A stretch of 25,605 nt of DNA from Geosiphon pyriformis uo1. Taxonomy: Eukaryota > Fungi > Glomeromycota. The number at the start of each line of letters is the position of its first letter. Position 1 is the stretch's first letter. The translations under genes and the position numbers were made by a program. The notes under the pieces are model-generated. The model worked only from the letters and a program-made list of their open reading frames with translations. It was not told the origin of the DNA and did not search any database. Of this stretch, positions 23,477 to 25,605 are shown piece after piece. The DNA lies in assembly GCA_016748015.1 (NCBI GenBank), contig JAAOMT010000219.1, forward strand, positions 420,226 through 445,830. The letters are read 5' to 3'.

Positions 23477-25605
23477 TGAGTCAGTTGGTTTGGAAGTTTG
23501 CTACTTGTAATGTTTGGGGCTTGAATAACTCTGCTAAACAGACAGATGTTGTTTGCTGGCACTTTGATATGAGTAATTTGGTTTCAATTTTCACAGAATT
23601 TAAACTTAAAGATAAGGTTAAACTGTGGATTGCTGGCAAGTTTGATGGTGTTCAGGTGTTCACTTCTGGTTTGGATTCTGGTTGTCTTGGTTCTGATGTG
23701 GCAATTGTCATGGACAATTCTTTGGCTAAGCATGTTTATAAGGTTTCTGAGGTGTCTGGCTGGCTTTTCTCCATCAGATTTCTCTTCAAGAATAAACTTT
23801 CGGTTTCTGTTTTGGGTCTCTATGCTGGTGCCTCTTCAAGTGTCTAATTCTTACAGGCTGGCGACATCAATTCTTTAATTGCTAAGGCAGTAAATGAATC
23901 ATTTTTTGTGGTCTTGGGTGGCAACTTCAATAAGAATGGTGCTCGTAAGAATGCCAGTTTCAAAAAATGCTTTGACCTGGGTCTGGTTAATGTCTTGAGT
24001 GGAAGTATGCTTACTAAGATGCCAATATGGGGCAACTTTTGTGGTATTGTCAAAACTATTGACTATATGTTCATCTCTTCAAGCTTGATCAATGCTGTGG
24101 TGGATTGTGATGTGACTGGTGTTGAGGACTTTTTTGATACTGATTATAAGGCTGTTTCTGTTTCTGTGGGTTTGGGTGGCTTGCTTGACTCTTAGCTGAA
24201 CTCAATGCACAAGCAGACTAATAAAGATTGTTGGAAGTTCGATTTTAGAGATGCTGGCAAGAAAGGGTGGAACAATTTTAAGGATGCTATGTTGGCCAAT
24301 AGCATAATGTGCTCGAGTAATTTCACTGCCTCTGTGAAATCTTCAGATTTGGATGTTATGTAGGACATTATGCGCAAAATAATGATTCTCTCAGCAGTTG
24401 GAACATTCAAAAAGAAATGGTTTAAGGGTTATGATGAGGTTTTTACCAAGGGTTCTTCTAGGTTTCACAAGCTTGAGTTGCTTGTGTTCAAGCTGGTTAA
24501 GGCATCTCATTTGTTGTCTAGTGTAGAATTTGTGTTGTTGTTGAATACGTGGAAGAGACTCGATGTTAATGGTGCTTTGGTGGTGAAGTCTTTGTTTCTG
24601 TCAGGTTCCAATTTTAACATGATTCGCTCGGCTCTGGCTAAGGTGAGAAAGTCTTACCGCTCTGCTAAGTTGCTAAAATCCAGACGTACTGAGGAATTCT
24701 GTATCAAGGCAGTTATTGATAGGAGGATAGAAAGTTTTGAATCAGACAAGGGTCGCACCATCAGGAGTGTTTTGAAGCGTTCCTTTTGCAAAGTGGTACT
24801 GGATCATCTAGTTGTAGGAGACAAGTTGATTTTGGAGCCCAGCTTAGTCAAAGCTAGGGTAGATGGAATCATGAAAGACTGGACCAGGAAGCACAAGGTG
24901 GTGCCTGATATCTCTGATAATTGGTCTCGCCAATACAAGCCTTTGGAGTATGTCTTTGATGGTGCATTTTCTGGTGTAATATGTCCTGTTGGTTTCAATG
25001 AGTTGTTCAGTGTGGTTTCTGGTCTGCCTGAAGACAAGACTGCTGGTCTCTCTGAAATTTCAAACAAGCTCTGGAAACACTGTGACAAATCAATTTTGGA
25101 TATGCTTTTGGTGCTTCTAAATTCTTGTTTAATTCATAAGTCAGTGCTTAGTGCTTGAAAGGAAGCTTGGGTCTCAATGATTCCTAAGCTGTATGAGTGG
25201 GAAAGAGTTCTTACAAACACTTAACTTATTGCCTTGATTGAGACTGCCCGCAAGATTCTCTTCAAGATTCTTTCAGATAAGATCTTGTTGGCTTGTAGTA
25301 CTTTTAATGTTCTGCATAGGAACAATTTTTTGGTTTTGAAGAGCACGATGACACAGTCTCTCATTTTTGCCATTGGTTCAGTTATTGAGGATGCTTTGGA
25401 GAAGAATCGTGAGCTCTGGTTGGTATTGCAGGACATGCAGAAAGCTTATGATTCTGTTGAGTGGGAACACCTTCAGGACAGTTTGGTTAGGATAAAAATG
25501 TGCAGCAGGTTCATTAGGTTTTTTGGCGGTATTCACAGTGATTGCATCAACAGGGTTATGATGGATTTTGGTTTGACAGACAGGTATAAGGTGCATGATG
25601 GCTTG
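23476..25605 (+). pseudogene. LINE B ORF2 (AP endonuclease and N-terminal RT, partial)
   Basis: MSQLVWKFATCNVWG, GNFN, TIDYMFIS, TDY, IALIETARKIL, LQDMQKAYDSVEW. Stops at 23845, 24193, 24361, 25156, 25222. Confidence 0.9.

Larger units (their letters stand above)
21497..25605 (+). mobile_element. LINE B: same family as LINE A, head-to-head, runs off the window end within RT
   Basis: 5'UTR AAAACTTCTTTCTCTCCTTCATCCCAAATTCCT... matches the reverse complement of 21253-21119. ORF1 and ORF2 are colinear with LINE A down to ~17155. Confidence 0.95.

Noticed and set aside
353-25605. Alternative genetic code or stop read-through explaining in-frame stops
   Set aside because: The stops differ between homologous copies and match single transitions from Trp/Gln/Arg codons; the host genes use the standard code.

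Overview
Eukaryotic, almost certainly fungal DNA. Short 63-92 nt GT-AG introns, low GC and the repeat families suggest an early-diverging, Glomeromycotina-like fungus (inference). The centre is a 4.8-kb island of two convergent, intact housekeeping genes: CDC23/APC8 (12 exons, +, 563 aa) and an ENT3/epsinR-type ENTH adaptor (8 exons, -, 492 aa). Both flanks are nested dead retrotransposons. On the left are an inverted LTR, a degenerate Ty3/Gypsy element with 5' LTR and PBS, and a ~3.2-kb 'AT desert'. The desert is a second Gypsy pol gene, readable once C->T/G->A changes are reversed. On the right are hypermutated LINE relics, a full-length 6.8-kb LINE (ORF1; ORF2 = APE-RT-RNase H-CCHC; poly(A); 12-bp TSD) and a second family member head-to-head. 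The strongest signal is a repeat-restricted, both-strand, non-CpG-limited C->T hypermutation. It brings repeats to ~10% GC, spares C in ACAA context and stops at gene boundaries, so it looks like a RIP-like genome defence with a signature unlike classical CpA-RIP. Both LINEs also conserve a TAATG stop-start overlap between ORF1 and ORF2. All counts were made by hand on small samples.
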